DNA from: Octopus sinensis
Lineage: Eukaryota
Reading direction: 5' to 3'
NCBI RefSeq assembly: GCF_006345805.1
Contig: NC_043013.1
Location: 1,736,001 to 1,800,000, forward strand
Length of the DNA stretch: 64,000 bases
Shown here: in pieces, positions 62,031-64,000 of the stretch
Numbering within the stretch: the first letter of the stretch is position 1
Layout of the letters: every line of letters begins with the position of its first letter
Program-made: the position numbers and the translations under genes
The notes under the pieces: model-generated
Told to the model about the DNA's origin: nothing
Databases searched by the model: none
What the model saw: the letters and a program-made list of their open reading frames with translations, nothing else

Positions 62031-63099
62031 CACCGACTGTGAATTGTTAGTCAACTCCGTTTTCTAAATACTATCTAAATTCAAATTTTGCCCTGAAAGT
62101 TGGTGACTGTGCATTTGTGAAATCTACTCTCTCTCTCTCTCTCTCTCTCTCTGGTGCTCACCCTTCTCATCTGGATAGAAGCGACAAAGTCTTCCGGTCA
62201 CTCTGGCTCAAATTCTCTTTTCTCAGCTCTTCCTAAATATGTTTTCATCCTCTACCAACCCTGGGTTAACCATTAAGCAAAATAAGAAAGTGCTAAGGGC
62301 ATCAAGGGTAGGAGAGGAGCACCACAGAAGTGGTAAATAGTTTACGGCACAAATGGAATCTGCTGAAACTTGCTAAAATAGCATTCCAAGTGGTTTATAT
62401 GATCGGAAATGTAGTTTCAAAGTGTTCATATTGAGGATCTGCTCAAAGACTTTGGAATTAAAAATGCATGAAGTGGAATTTTATACAAAGATAAACATTA
62501 TTTTCCATCTTGCTCTTGGTTTTGTCTCATTTTGAAAAAAGAAAAATTATTTTATGGTTTATTAGTGTTTATATTTTGAATTACATATATATTGGAATAC
62601 CAAAATCTTTTAAGTGCTAAGGGCCTGTATGAGTCTTGTTCAAGTCCAATCCGCTACCCTTCCTCGAACTTCTGTAGCCATCAACATCTCATTTTATTCC
62701 TTTTTAAATTCAGAGTTTTTAATATCATCCATGTTCACAACTCTTCCTGGTTTTCACACTCATTTCATACTGGTGATGTCGTTGCTTTAGAAACCGAATC
62801 TTCCGCAATCTTTAACCGTTTTTTCAGTTATTTTCATTCCACAAATGCATCCCCAGCTGGCAGGCAAGCACTCCATACATATTTAATCTCTTTCTCATCC
62901 TAAAGCCCAACCTCTATCGAGCCGTTGGCATCTCCGCTCCCAGCTTCATCTCGACAGACTGCAGAATGATATCGATGTGTAGCGACATCCATTGTGCCCT
63001 TTCTTTTCCGGGTTCTGTGGTACGTAAAGTCAGTTAACAGGTCAAATAGTTCCACCAGTTAATGGCAAACTATTTATAAAATCCCGGAAAAAATGGGTA

Positions 63100-64000
63100 T
63101 TTATAGCAGAACATATCCTTCACTTCCGAGTTATCACAAACAGTTGAGTAGATGACTGTGCCCATCCTCTGTGATACATATCTCGACCTCCCCCCCAACC
63201 CGACCCTCAGCACTCACAACTGCAAATCTCTCACGTGATCCACTCATTTCTGCGTTGCGGCAGTGTAAGTAAGCACTACGGCCTACATTGCTGGGGGGGG
63301 GGGAGAAAAAAATCACTCGTACAAAGCAGCGCTTTTTACCCCGAGCGCAATGCTTGTAATTCCATTATCCGAAATGCCTGGAATGACTCCGCTCGAATTC
63401 TCCTGTCTCCAAAACTGTTGTCAACCCTATTAGTCTTTTCCAAAAGGATCTCTAGCAACTTTGCGAAATTCCCAAGAAGGACAATCTCGCTGTAGACCTA
63501 TAATTATTCCTTGCAAAAACATGAAAAACAATGCAGACAGAATCGACAAACGCTTTCTCCATCGCACTGAATTCCTTTCTTTTCTTAAAGACAACCTACA
63601 TGTCTTCAGTAAAGTCAGCTCGGCTGGAACTACCTAGGCATCTATATAAATGAGTTCTTGTTCCCGAGAAATTTTGCTGAAAACAATGTCGTTATATTTG
63701 ACATAAGCGAAGCATTCGACAATGTTTGGTGTATGAATCTTTATATTAAACTACCTACCTCACGGCACTTAGATCGCAGGGGTTCTTTCAGAATGCGCAA
63801 CCACGGCGTGAGTTGATACAACTCACTGGCTTACATTCTATCAATTTTGCCGGTCTTCGAGATTCGGCTTTGCTCCCCACTCTTTCCTCCTATGCATTAA
63901 CAACAGTAACCGCCAGTAACACTCACTCCTGTGTAGATGATATCACTCTTCACCCTCACCCCTAATCTTCTGCACCCAGGCGTCATCCACATGCTATCTA
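63100..64000 (+). mobile_element. Degenerate CR1/L2-like LINE (linker plus RT remnant), runs off the window
   Basis: FSKRISSNFA, RPII, FDISEAFDNVW, LLPTLFLLCIN and HSCVDDITLH across frameshifts. Confidence 0.7.

Overview
Eukaryotic, AT-rich DNA dominated by repeats. The SINE families, microsatellite load and LINE types suggest an octopus/cephalopod genome; this is inferred from recalled repeat families, not from a search. I cannot confidently identify any host protein-coding gene, rRNA, true tRNA gene or CRISPR array, and most listed ORFs are translations of microsatellites. Supported content: three mariner remnants; hAT-, Tigger- and Merlin-like MITEs; two Helitron pieces; about 25 tRNA-derived SINE copies in three families (the clearest copies are listed); an RTE-type LINE; three stacked R4/Dong-type RLE retroelements; Tx1/L1- and CR1-like LINE remnants; and very large (TATG)n, (GAA)n and (GATA)n tracts. 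Most notable observations: (1) two copies of a sequence with all hammerhead-ribozyme core motifs and stems in a non-circularly permuted strand order, inside a 3-kb cluster of Penelope-like ends that also holds minimal type-I hammerheads; (2) an RTE LINE with a twin-priming-type 5' inversion bounded by a 10-bp TSD; (3) a 42-bp minisatellite built from a hAT TIR plus its TSD. All pairings and alignments were done by eye, and the boundaries of degenerate elements are approximate.
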